64,000 bases of DNA, from assembly GCA_027492035.1 (NCBI GenBank), contig JAOZFT010000001.1, positions 32,001-96,000 on the forward strand. Direction: 5' to 3'. The notes under the pieces were generated by a model. The model was given only the letters and a program-made list of their open reading frames with translations, did not search any database and was not told the DNA's origin. This document shows positions 30,541-39,761 of this stretch, in pieces. Origin of the DNA: Thermoproteota archaeon. Lineage in GTDB: Archaea > Korarchaeota > JAOZGF01 > JAOZFZ01. Position numbers and translations under genes: made by a program. The stretch's first letter is position 1. Each line of letters opens with the position of its first letter.

Positions 30541-31368
30541 TTAAGAGAAGAATATAAGTGGAATGAATAAAATCAGCCAAAACAAAGTAGGTAATGGGAG
30601 GCCAGGCATTACTCCTTTCTTTTCAGCTTCTTTCCTTAAAAGAGCAAGCCCTACATAAAAAGATATTAACGGAAGCGGAGCGAGTGGAAGCTGCAGATAT
30701 CTAAATGGAAGGGAAGCCATTAAAGAGTACGAAATAATGTCACCCATCCCTATTTGAACCTCACCTAGATTTACAAGGAACAAATTAAGATACCCCCTTT
30801 CACTCCTCTCGGATTCCTCACCCAATTTTCCTGCACTTAAAAACTTCTTTAATGGACCTTTATAGACAGACCACAAATCATAAACAGCAAGTAAAACAAC
30901 GAAGATTAAGGGAAAGAAGCTGCCGAAAGTTATAATTAAAGCCGCTGAAAAACCTCCCCCACAAATTATTTTCAAAAGATTAGAATAGAAACCTTTAACC
31001 ATCAAGAAAGTAATAAAAGCAGCCGCTGAAAACATAGGAAGGAGAAGATTTAAGGAAAAAACTATATCGCTGTAGATTAGAAGGGAGAGGGTAGCGAAAT
31101 TCATAAAGAAGAGACCGAGCACCCCCATTGCTTTTATTAGAAGTGCCAGTTTCCACTTTGCAAGAAAAAGAATTAAATAAGTGACTAAGGTTATTCCAAT
31201 GATTAAGGTAATGGAGTAAGAAAAGGATTCAGTTGTAGATAAAGGCAGAATGTATTCTTCTCTGTATCTTAACAGGGAAAAAATGGAGACAAGCTGCGAA
31301 ATAGCTATTAAAAAGGATTCTTTCAAGAAATTTTTCAAAGAAAAACACCTTCCAATATTTCTCACCAA
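30541..31368 (-). CDS. Presenilin-like (A22A-type) GxGD intramembrane aspartyl protease
   Basis: LAVYDLWSVYKGPLK, IGMGDIISYS, MPGLPLP; multiple TM segments. Confidence 0.85.
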   Translation of the reverse strand: MVRNIGRCFSLKNFLKESFLIAISQLVSIFSLLRYREEYILPLSTTESFSYSITLIIGITLVTYLILFLAKWKLALLIKAMGVLGLFFMNFATLSLLIYSDIVFSLNLLLPMFSAAAFITFLMVKGFYSNLLKIICGGGFSAALIITFGSFFPLIFVVLLAVYDLWSVYKGPLKKFLSAGKLGEESERSERGYLNLFLVNLGEVQIGMGDIISYSLMASLPFRYLQLPLAPLPLISFYVGLALLRKEAEKKGVMPGLPLPTLFWLILFIPLIFFS

Positions 31369-31461
31369 CTTTTTAAAGTTAACTTGTGGAAAAGGGAAAA
31401 AGTTTGGGAAGAAAGTTGAAGAGAGACTATTTTCACGAAAATAATTTCACACATATAATTT

Positions 31462-32115
31462 TCACTGCATCCACTTTTTAACAATTGCGACAGTTTCTCT
31501 AAACACTTCATCTATTGATTTGTTGCCATCTACAATTTCTAGAATGCCCTTTTCTCGGTAGTAGTTAATTAGAGGCTCTGTTTTTTTCCTGTACTCCATA
31601 ATTCTTTTTTTAACTATCTCCTCTTTATCATCTTCCCTTTGAAAAAGTTTACTCCCGCACTTGTTGCAGATTTCATCCTTTTTAGGTGGATTAAAAAGTA
31701 AATGATAAACCATTCCACATTTAGGACATTGTCTTCGATAACTTATCCTTTTAATTATTTCTTTTTCGTCAACGTTCAAGTAAATAGCCAAATCAAGTTT
31801 TTCAGGTTTAAGAATTTCCTCTAAAGCCTCAGCTTGAACAGTTGTCCTTGGATACCCATCTAAAATGAACCCTTCACAATCCCTTCTCCTCAATTTCTTT
31901 TTTAGAAGTTCAATAACTATTTTATTTGGCACAAGCAAGCCTTTGTTAAGGTAACTTTTAACTTTATTGCCTAGTTCACTTTCTTCTCTTGAAACCTCCC
32001 TTATTATGTCACCCATAACTATGTGAGGCACACCAAGTAAGGCACTCAATTTTTCTCCCTGAGTTCCTTTACCTGAACCAGGAGGGCCGAGTAAAACAAT
32101 TTTCATCTTTAACAC
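31462..32115 (-). CDS. adk: Adenylate kinase, long bacterial-type with zinc LID
   Basis: GPPGSGKGTQ, GFILDGYPRT, CPKCG...CNKCG, QREDD. Confidence 0.95.
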   Translation of the reverse strand: MLKMKIVLLGPPGSGKGTQGEKLSALLGVPHIVMGDIIREVSREESELGNKVKSYLNKGLLVPNKIVIELLKKKLRRRDCEGFILDGYPRTTVQAEALEEILKPEKLDLAIYLNVDEKEIIKRISYRRQCPKCGMVYHLLFNPPKKDEICNKCGSKLFQREDDKEEIVKKRIMEYRKKTEPLINYYREKGILEIVDGNKSIDEVFRETVAIVKKWMQ

Positions 32116-32148
32116 CCTCTAAAGTGTTTAGGTTTAAACTTTTTAAAG

Positions 32149-32493
32149 TTACCTTCCCTTTCCGGTTAAGGTTATACCCAGTGGAACCAGGGCCAAAACA
32201 AAAAAGAGAACATGCAACATTTCGTAATATATAGGGTACTTAGCAACTACATAAGCTGTGAAAGCCACCACATTCAGCAACGAATAAAGGATAAGTATAG
32301 CTTCTGAAAAGAAGCGGCTCTTGATTTTTAATGTGAAGGAGAGAAGTAAAGCAATAAAGAAAGTGAAGACACAGTAAATGTTAATAAGGAAATGGTGGAA
32401 GTTCAAGATGTAAAAAGGGGTTGGGGAATAAAGTATAGCTGAAATAAATGCAGAAACAACATTTAATGAAACAGATAAACTGTATTTATCCAT
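32149..32493 (-). CDS. Small integral membrane protein (about 4 TM)
   Basis: 114 aa, highly hydrophobic, GGAGGT SD upstream. Confidence 0.65.
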   Translation of the reverse strand: MDKYSLSVSLNVVSAFISAILYSPTPFYILNFHHFLINIYCVFTFFIALLLSFTLKIKSRFFSEAILILYSLLNVVAFTAYVVAKYPIYYEMLHVLFFVLALVPLGITLTGKGR

Positions 32494-32669
32494 TTCCTAA
32501 ATATTACCTCCACAACAAAAAACAATTTATTTTAAAAGATAGAGCCTACCTCTTCAAACGGTACCAATGCTCTTATATATAAAGTACCTCCCTTTAAAAG
32601 TGAATTGGAAGTCTGGTTTTTAAAGGGATGCAACTTCTTAGTAGGGAGGTGAAGAAGGGGGGTAAAAAC

Positions 32670-33470
32670 ATGTTTTTTGATTTAACCATCCCAATTGTTA
32701 TCTTCATTTTCTCTGTTACAATATCCTACATTTATCCTTCATTCGAAAAAAGGGTGGAGAAATTATTTGCTGGAGAAAGGGAACTATCCTGCAAAGAAAT
32801 TGCTTTGGTGCTGCTAATAATTTCAATAAATTTAGTTGTTATGTTTTTTCTACCTGAAAATTTTTTACCTTACTTAATTCTTTTTGCAACATGTGTATTT
32901 CTTTTTTCGGCGTTCTATATCCTCACAAACAAGGAGGCAATCTCTGTTGCACTTGTAATCTTCTTTTTAGCCTCTTATTTCTTCCTGAAGGGGAACATTA
33001 TAACCTTTAACATGTTCAGCTTTATAATAGCTTTTTCAGCTTCACTAATGTTTAACACTCTCTTTACTTGGCGGACTGTTTGGTTATTTTTAACCGTATT
33101 AACAAGTTTAGATGTTTTTTTTGTATTCTGCACAAACATAATGGTTACTGTAGCTGAAAGAGCGTTAGAGTTATCTCTTCCACTACTTATAAAATTACCT
33201 TCCTTCCCCCTTTTCCTGAACCGAACAATAGGTTTAGGTTTAGGAGATTTACTTGTGGCTTCTTTGATTGCAGTCCAAACAGCTAAAGAGATAAACAAGA
33301 AAGCTGGGTTAATGAGCAGTATAGGTATGTCTTTAAGCACTGTAGTTATGGGGATTGTGTTGTTAAACTTTAAATCCGCTTTACCAGCAACAGTGTTTCT
33401 TTACAGTGGAGGAGCGCTGGTTGCTGTAATTTATTATTTAAAAGGGAAAATGGAGGAAGGGAGAGTTTAA
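32670..33470 (+). CDS. Signal-peptide-peptidase-like (A22B-type) GxGD intramembrane aspartyl protease
   Basis: LDVFFVFCTNIMVTVA, LPLLIKLP, GLGLGDL, LPATVFL; ATG 32670 (track 32628). Confidence 0.85.
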   Translation: MFFDLTIPIVIFIFSVTISYIYPSFEKRVEKLFAGERELSCKEIALVLLIISINLVVMFFLPENFLPYLILFATCVFLFSAFYILTNKEAISVALVIFFLASYFFLKGNIITFNMFSFIIAFSASLMFNTLFTWRTVWLFLTVLTSLDVFFVFCTNIMVTVAERALELSLPLLIKLPSFPLFLNRTIGLGLGDLLVASLIAVQTAKEINKKAGLMSSIGMSLSTVVMGIVLLNFKSALPATVFLYSGGALVAVIYYLKGKMEEGRV

Positions 33471-34195
33471 ACTTTAACTCCTTTGACAAGAAAGAAGAGA
33501 AAAAGCCTCGACTTCACAATCTCCGGCTTAAAATAGACTGTAAAAAATTTGAGAAAAGTTTTAAAGTTCCACATTTCTTGAAAAGTAGCATAAAATAAAC
33601 TCCATGGAGAAACATCTCTAAAATTCATCGAAATAAATTTGCTTATCGCCGGTACTAAATATCGAATGTATAAGGAGGAAAGTGGGGTTATGCATTCATT
33701 AAGAGGCTTAAAAACATCCAAAATAACTACGGTTCCGTTTTCTTTCAGAACTCTATGTATTGCTTGCAGTACACGTAGCTTATTCAATGAATCCCTGAAA
33801 CTGTAAGAAGCGAAGACAACATCGAAAGAACTGTTTGGGAAAGGAAGTTCCTCAAAGAAACCCTTAATAAACTTTTTATTCACACCTTTATAGGGTAAAA
33901 GCTTATTCTTAGCTTCTTTAAGCATTCTATCTGAAGCGTCTAAACAGAAAAGTTCCCCTCTCCCCAGTTTCTTTGCAATAATTACTGATGAAACGCCTGG
34001 GCCGCAACCTAAGTCTAAAACTTTGAAACCAGGTTGAATACCGGCTAGTTCAACTGCTTGTTTACGCATTCGAGGGCCTAAACCAAAAGAAATAACTTTG
34101 TTAACTTTTTCATAGTGAGGAATCGCTTTTTCAAGACAACCAATTACTTCTTCAATGCTGAAACCGTGTTTTTCATGTTTTCTCTGCAACTGCAA
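33467..34195 (-). CDS. UbiE/MenG-family SAM-dependent methyltransferase
   Basis: YEKVNKVISFG, VLDLGCGPG, LPFPNSSFD, RVLKENG. Confidence 0.85.
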   Translation of the reverse strand: MQLQRKHEKHGFSIEEVIGCLEKAIPHYEKVNKVISFGLGPRMRKQAVELAGIQPGFKVLDLGCGPGVSSVIIAKKLGRGELFCLDASDRMLKEAKNKLLPYKGVNKKFIKGFFEELPFPNSSFDVVFASYSFRDSLNKLRVLQAIHRVLKENGTVVILDVFKPLNECITPLSSLYIRYLVPAISKFISMNFRDVSPWSLFYATFQEMWNFKTFLKFFTVYFKPEIVKSRLFLFFLVKGVKV

Positions 34196-34535
34196 ACGTT
34201 CCCCCCTTAGTTAAGCCTTCAACTAAAAAGTAAACACCTAAAGCTGAAATAATGAAACTGAGAATAATTGTGATTTTCCAGAGGTAAATAAAAAGAGTGA
34301 GAATCAAGGAAAAGGCTCCACCTGATAAAAGAATTAGGATCTTACCTCTCAAAAAGTTTTTCTCTTTACTGCCAAAGTTAAGAAATGAAACAGTTAAAGC
34401 TGAAAGTAGACCTGTTAAAACATAAACCGGTTTATCTTCGTTACTTATCCAAAGAAAAAGGGAGGAAACCCAGAAAACAAGGAAAAATCCTCCAAGCCAA
34501 GTTTCAAACCATTCCTCTTCACTTAACCCGCCCAT
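34173..34535 (-). CDS. Small membrane protein (about 4 TM)
   Basis: Hydrophobic 120-aa ORF coupled between larB and the methyltransferase. Confidence 0.65.
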   Translation of the reverse strand: MGGLSEEEWFETWLGGFFLVFWVSSLFLWISNEDKPVYVLTGLLSALTVSFLNFGSKEKNFLRGKILILLSGGAFSLILTLFIYLWKITIILSFIISALGVYFLVEGLTKGGTFAVAEKT

Positions 34536-34567
34536 TTCTGAAACACCAATTCAATAGGTAAAGTAAC

Positions 34568-35326
34568 TTATTTTCTGGCGATTAAAGCAGCTATAACTCC
34601 TGCATTCACTCCATTATCGATGTTAACCACAGCTACGCCTAAAGAACATGACTGAAGCATTGTAGATAAAGCTGCTTCACCTTTCCCTCTGAAACCGTAA
34701 CCAACACTTGTAGGTAAACCTATCACAGGTACATCAACCAAACTAGCTACAACAGACGGCAGAGCCCCTTCCATTCCCGCTGCAGCAACTATTACATGAA
34801 CTCCCTCCTTCACCATTTCCTTCAATGCTGAGAGCAACCTGAAAAAACTAGAGAGCCCTACATCATACTTTTTAATTGTTTCACATCCCATTTCTTCTGC
34901 AACCACTCTTGCTTCTTCAGCGGCTTTTATGTCAGCTGTTCCAGCAGCTAAAACACCAACTTTCCCCCTCTTTTCAACTTTAAAGTCTCCATGTTTAATA
35001 ACTAGGATTTCTGCTTCTTCAAAAAAGGAGGAGAGATAAGGTTTATGTATCTCTTTCATTATTTCTTCAGCTTTATCTCTGCCTAAACCCGAGACAATCA
35101 AGTGTTTTTTCACTTTAATTGTTTCAAGAATTATTTTTTTTAAATGACGCCACTTTTTAGGTTTAGCAAAAATCACTTCCGGTTTGTTCACCCTTTTCTC
35201 TCTTGAAACGTCAATTACAGCTAATTCCTCTATTTCCTTGACAGCGTTTAGTTTTAGTAATTTCTCGGCTTCATGAACTCCTATTTCTCCATTCTTAAAT
35301 TTCTTCAAAATTTCTCGCAGATACAT
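34568..35326 (-). CDS. larB: Nickel-pincer cofactor biosynthesis protein LarB
   Basis: PEVIFA, AAGTADI..AEEA, DVG, AGMEGALPSVV, PTSVGYG, VVNIDNG. Confidence 0.92.
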   Translation of the reverse strand: MYLREILKKFKNGEIGVHEAEKLLKLNAVKEIEELAVIDVSREKRVNKPEVIFAKPKKWRHLKKIILETIKVKKHLIVSGLGRDKAEEIMKEIHKPYLSSFFEEAEILVIKHGDFKVEKRGKVGVLAAGTADIKAAEEARVVAEEMGCETIKKYDVGLSSFFRLLSALKEMVKEGVHVIVAAAGMEGALPSVVASLVDVPVIGLPTSVGYGFRGKGEAALSTMLQSCSLGVAVVNIDNGVNAGVIAALIARK

Positions 35327-35345
35327 CCCCCTAAGTTCCCCTGAT

Positions 35346-36623
35346 TCATTTCTTACCTTTAAAGAGACTTAATTCTCCATTAAACTCCTCCACTAATTTT
35401 TTGTAAACTAAAATTTTTATGTTGAGGATTGAAGTGTTCATTTTTTCAGCTAACCTTTTCAGATCTTCGAATTCAGGTTTAACTCTAACTACTTCCCCCC
35501 TTTCATTCCTTGCAACTTTCACCCTTACTTCAGCTTCAACCCCTTTAAAATTTATTTTTAATTTTAAAGTGTCCCTCCTTAATACAAACCTTTCACAGGA
35601 TGAAACTCTTACACCTAGGGTACCTGTTTCCCGCATTATCAGTTCAGAGAAATAAGCAGCTTTATCCTCTTCAACAACAGCCTTTAAAACGTAGCCAGGC
35701 CTGTTTTTCTTGGTTAACATCGGAAGTAAACAAAGATCAAGCAACCCCTCCCTCGAAACCTTCCTAAACAAGTTACCAAGCACTTCACCAGAAACATCAT
35801 CTATGTTAGTTTCCAATAGCACCTTTCTGTCAACAAATAAAGACCTTATTTCCTCCCCAAAAATAATCCTTAAAACATTCGGCACCTCCTCAAAGTCCAT
35901 TTGTCCAGCTCCATACCCCACCTTAAAGGGTTTAATTAATGGATAAGAAGGTGAAACCTTTTCAACTAAATTGACAAGGATAGATGCACCTGTCGGGGTG
36001 GCTAATTCACGTTGAACAAATCCACCATGAAAAGGGTAATTCCTACTTGTCAATATTTCAACTGTTGCAGGGGCTGGGACAGGGTAGATCCCATGATGAA
36101 CCTTTACTGAGCCTCTGCCGACAGCTACAGGTGTACCGAACACCTTACCTTCTAAAATATTTAAGTCATCTAAAGCTGTGAAAGTTCCTACAATATCTAA
36201 AACCGTGTCAACGCCTCCCATTTCATGCAGCTCAACTTCACCCATTTTTTTGCCATGAACAATTGACTCAGCCTCAAGTAAGGTTTTTAAGGTTTCAACA
36301 GCTAAAACTTTCGCTTTACCAGATAAATTTGCTTCATCCAATGCTTCTTTAACCTTTCCAACCATTTCAATTCCTTTACTTCCCTCCCCTTCCTCTTCCA
36401 GGATTTTGATACTTAATTTCTTAGCCTTGATCCCCTTCTTATCTGTTTTTTCAACATTAATCTTTACTTTTTGACACTCTTTAAACAAGGAAGCTGTGTT
36501 CTTCATAGCTTCAATAACCTTTCCTTCATCAGCTCCAAGGTCTAGTAAAGCTGAAATAAACATATCTCCTGACACACCGGCTAAGCTGCAGTCTACAATT
36601 GTTAAATATTTTTTAGTCAGCAA
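35346..36623 (-). CDS. larC: Nickel-pincer nickel insertase LarC
   Basis: AGVSGDM, HEMGGVD, HGIYPVPAPAT, ELATPTGA, GYGAG, PNVLR, ETNIDD, KKNRPG, ETGTLGVR, KPEFED. Confidence 0.93.
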   Translation of the reverse strand: MLTKKYLTIVDCSLAGVSGDMFISALLDLGADEGKVIEAMKNTASLFKECQKVKINVEKTDKKGIKAKKLSIKILEEEGEGSKGIEMVGKVKEALDEANLSGKAKVLAVETLKTLLEAESIVHGKKMGEVELHEMGGVDTVLDIVGTFTALDDLNILEGKVFGTPVAVGRGSVKVHHGIYPVPAPATVEILTSRNYPFHGGFVQRELATPTGASILVNLVEKVSPSYPLIKPFKVGYGAGQMDFEEVPNVLRIIFGEEIRSLFVDRKVLLETNIDDVSGEVLGNLFRKVSREGLLDLCLLPMLTKKNRPGYVLKAVVEEDKAAYFSELIMRETGTLGVRVSSCERFVLRRDTLKLKINFKGVEAEVRVKVARNERGEVVRVKPEFEDLKRLAEKMNTSILNIKILVYKKLVEEFNGELSLFKGKK

Positions 36624-36653
36624 TTTCCCGTTTATCCCCCTACATATTATATT

Positions 36654-36842
36654 TCATAAAGGTTTTAGGTATATTTTATGGTTTAAGAAGTTTATATGAC
36701 TTATTTCAGCCTTCAAAACCTTTTTGTTGTTTAAAATATCTTGAATATATACTTTCCCATTTTCTACTTTCAAAAAAACACAGTCATCCATTAATTTTTT
36801 TTCTACACCGTTCTCTTCTAAGAAAACCTTCGATTGACACAT
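36654..36842 (-). CDS. cooT: CooT-family nickel-binding protein
   Basis: N-terminal MCQSKV (Cys2), DIL..K, C-terminal NHKI; GGGTGA SD before ATG 36842. Confidence 0.8.
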   Translation of the reverse strand: MCQSKVFLEENGVEKKLMDDCVFLKVENGKVYIQDILNNKKVLKAEISHINFLNHKIYLKPL

Positions 36843-37031
36843 TTCAATCACCCGTAAAAGATAATGAAAAGACATTTCCCTTCTTTATCAACCCTTATTT
36901 TAATTTTATTTATTGAAGATTTAAAGGGTACCGGAACAATGCTGAAATTTTCCTTTTCAAAACTCCATAAAAGTGTTTGCAGCTACTAAGTAAGGAGTCT
37001 TCCTCCCAAAAAACACAAAAAGGTTCCCTAA

Positions 37032-38105
37032 TTAATGAAACAAAAACTTATTTGATACGTATTTCCCAGTTATGGGGACCCTTTCCCCACATCTCGGGCA
37101 TTTATTTCCTTTACTTAAATTATACCTCAAAATTTTGACGTTCCACCTTTTTATTAACAATTCCCCACAGTTTGGGCAGTAGGTGCTTTCATATTTATGT
37201 CCAGGAACGTTTCCAAGGTAAGGAAATTTCACCCCCTCCCTTTTAGCTATTTTGTAAGCTTTCTCTAAAAACTTGATAGAAGTCGGTGGCTGCTTAAACT
37301 TGTAAGCTGGGAAATAACGGGTGAAGTGAAGAGGAGTTTCAGACCCTGCAAACCTTAAATGTTTCTCAACCAAACCAATTATCTTTTCTTCTTTATCGTT
37401 CAAGCCTGTCACAACTAAATGTACAACCTCTACATGTAACCCTTTCCTTTTAGCTTCCTTAATGTTTCTCCACACAAAATCAACATTCACCCCTCCACAG
37501 TATTTTCTATACACCTCCTCATCCCCCTTTACATCTATCTTTATTCCATTTAGGCCGGAGTCAGCTAACATGTTTAACGCTTCTAAACTCATGTAACCAT
37601 TTGACACAAACGTGTTATAAAGTTTATTTTCTCTAGCTAGTTTAAATGTTTCAATAGAGGCCTCAAAAAACAAAGTTGGTTCCTGGAAACTGACACACAA
37701 ACCTTGATCCCCCCTCAACAATGCTTCCTTCACTATTTCACGTGGAGGCAGGAAAAAGGCTTTCAGGGGATTAGGAAGTGTAGCTGATAACTGAAAGTTT
37801 TGGCACCAAGGACATTTGAAATTGCAGCTCCAAGTGGAAACAGTTAAAGCTTTTGAACCAGGCCAAAAGTGAAAGAAAGGTTTTATTTCTATGGGTCTAC
37901 TTTCAATTACACTTAAGTCTCCGTAAACTAAAGTGTAAAGTTTACCTTCAACGTTTACTCTTGTTCCACAAAAACCTGTTTGTTTTTCTTCCAGAACACA
38001 TTTCCTTTCGCAAAGTAAACATTGAACCTTACTGCTTCTAAGCCTTCTATAAAGCAAAGCCTCCCTTACTGTAGAGGATTTTCGGAACTGTTCAGGAGTG
38101 AACAA
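37032..38105 (-). CDS. AmmeMemoRadiSam-type radical SAM enzyme (PFL-activase-like)
   Basis: CLLCERKC..GFC, PIEIKPFFHF, CNFKCPWCQN, LHFTRYFP, YLGNVPG, TYCPNCG, CPRCG. Confidence 0.88.
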   Translation of the reverse strand: MFTPEQFRKSSTVREALLYRRLRSSKVQCLLCERKCVLEEKQTGFCGTRVNVEGKLYTLVYGDLSVIESRPIEIKPFFHFWPGSKALTVSTWSCNFKCPWCQNFQLSATLPNPLKAFFLPPREIVKEALLRGDQGLCVSFQEPTLFFEASIETFKLARENKLYNTFVSNGYMSLEALNMLADSGLNGIKIDVKGDEEVYRKYCGGVNVDFVWRNIKEAKRKGLHVEVVHLVVTGLNDKEEKIIGLVEKHLRFAGSETPLHFTRYFPAYKFKQPPTSIKFLEKAYKIAKREGVKFPYLGNVPGHKYESTYCPNCGELLIKRWNVKILRYNLSKGNKCPRCGERVPITGKYVSNKFLFH

Positions 38106-38240
38106 ACACAGTAACCCCCTTTAAAACCTGAAAGGATTTGTAGTGAAGAAATTGAAGCCTCCTAAAAAGGTTGAAAGTATCTCTCACTTATATTTTTCTA
38201 AACGAACCCTTTCTAAAAATTTTAAAAGAGGAAACATAGT

Positions 38241-39395
38241 TTAAAAAGTTGTTCCCTGTTTTTTAGCAGCTTTCTCAAATTCTGACATGTCCCTTAACCC
38301 TAAAAGATGCAAATTACCCACATTAACCCTGCTTAAATGTTTTTTAGCGGCTAAATAACATTCCACAGCTTGTTCCAAGGGGGTAACGGGTAAATCTCTC
38401 ATTAAGTACTCTGGATAGAAAATCAGTAAGCTGTAAGGGATGTCTTCATCTATATCCGCAATAAATTGAGCTATTTTTTCAACCTCTAATTCATCTACAT
38501 AACCTGGGACAAGCAAGGTAGTTGCGTTTAAAACAGGGTTTCCCTTTCTTTCAAAATAAAACTTTTCACCTACCAATTTAAAGTTGGAGTAAGCTTTACT
38601 GTTAGAGACGCCACTTAAAGCTAAGCTTAAGTTTGAATCAAAAACCTTCAAATCAAATTTAATATTCCCACCACTAACTAACGAAAGTTCAGCAGCTTCT
38701 TCAACCAACTTACTATTTCCGCAGCCGTTCCATTCAAAACATACTCTTAAAACTCTGTCCCTGATTTGTTTCAAAACTTTCCTTGAAACATTTAAGGCGA
38801 AAGGAAGCTGAGGCTCAGGTGATCCACCAAAGAAACAAATACAAGTGACTTTACGGTTTCTGTTCACCACCTCCAGAAATTTTTCAGCTGTAACAAGTCC
38901 CCCCCGGCTTAAAATTTTATGTGTCCAGTTTTGACAGAATAAACAATCGAAATTGCAGCCGTAAAAGAAAACAGCTAAGTTGTAGTACCCGTATTCAGGT
39001 CCCTCCTTTACTGCATACTTCGGGAACCCTAAACCCGTAGCTGCTGGACAGTAATAAGCTGCGCAGCAGTTTGTTACGTGTGGATCTAGATACCAATCCA
39101 GTAATCCCTTCTCAGAACTCACCATACTTTCTAACTTGTTTCTTTTATTCTTCCTTAAACCGCAGAACCCACTTTCTCCATTTGCAATGGAGCAGTAGTT
39201 TGAACAAATTGAACATTTAACTCCTTCCCCAAACTTAGGTGGTTTAACCGGTAAACCATACTTTACTCTTTCTTTATGAGCTTCCTCAACAAATTTAGAG
39301 GCTTCACTCCAGTTGTTTCTGATACAATCTATACAAACTTTCAGTGTTTCCGAAATAAGGGGGGATTCTCTTCCGCAAATAACGCATCTTTTCAA
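38241..39395 (-). CDS. Radical SAM protein (PFL-activase-like) with Cys-rich N-terminus
   Basis: CVIC..CIDC, CSICSNYC..GFCG, TNCC, GCNFDCLFCQN, GGNIKFDLK. Confidence 0.88.
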   Translation of the reverse strand: MKRCVICGRESPLISETLKVCIDCIRNNWSEASKFVEEAHKERVKYGLPVKPPKFGEGVKCSICSNYCSIANGESGFCGLRKNKRNKLESMVSSEKGLLDWYLDPHVTNCCAAYYCPAATGLGFPKYAVKEGPEYGYYNLAVFFYGCNFDCLFCQNWTHKILSRGGLVTAEKFLEVVNRNRKVTCICFFGGSPEPQLPFALNVSRKVLKQIRDRVLRVCFEWNGCGNSKLVEEAAELSLVSGGNIKFDLKVFDSNLSLALSGVSNSKAYSNFKLVGEKFYFERKGNPVLNATTLLVPGYVDELEVEKIAQFIADIDEDIPYSLLIFYPEYLMRDLPVTPLEQAVECYLAAKKHLSRVNVGNLHLLGLRDMSEFEKAAKKQGTTF

Positions 39396-39761
39396 GACAC
39401 CTTCCTCTCTTATCCCTTCTTTACTTTTTCCCCGAAAAATTCATTTTTCCAGTTTATACTTGTAAGGGGGAGGTATAAGGTTTAACATGATCGGTGGCAT
39501 AGAAGCTATTTTTAAGTAACTATGGATTCTGATAGTTTATAAGAAAGGAGTAATAAAACATTTTTATTCTCAGTTAAAGCTTTCTACTTAGTACTTAGCA
39601 GTCATTTCCATGGAAAGCATAAACCTTATTTCCTGACCCCCTCCAAATGCTTTATCTTCCTTAAATTTTCTCTTTCACCCTTAAAATTTTATCAAAAAAT
39701 TTATCTACCACGCAGGAAAAGGAAAACACTGCTGGAGGGAAATTGTTTCTTGTATTTTTAG

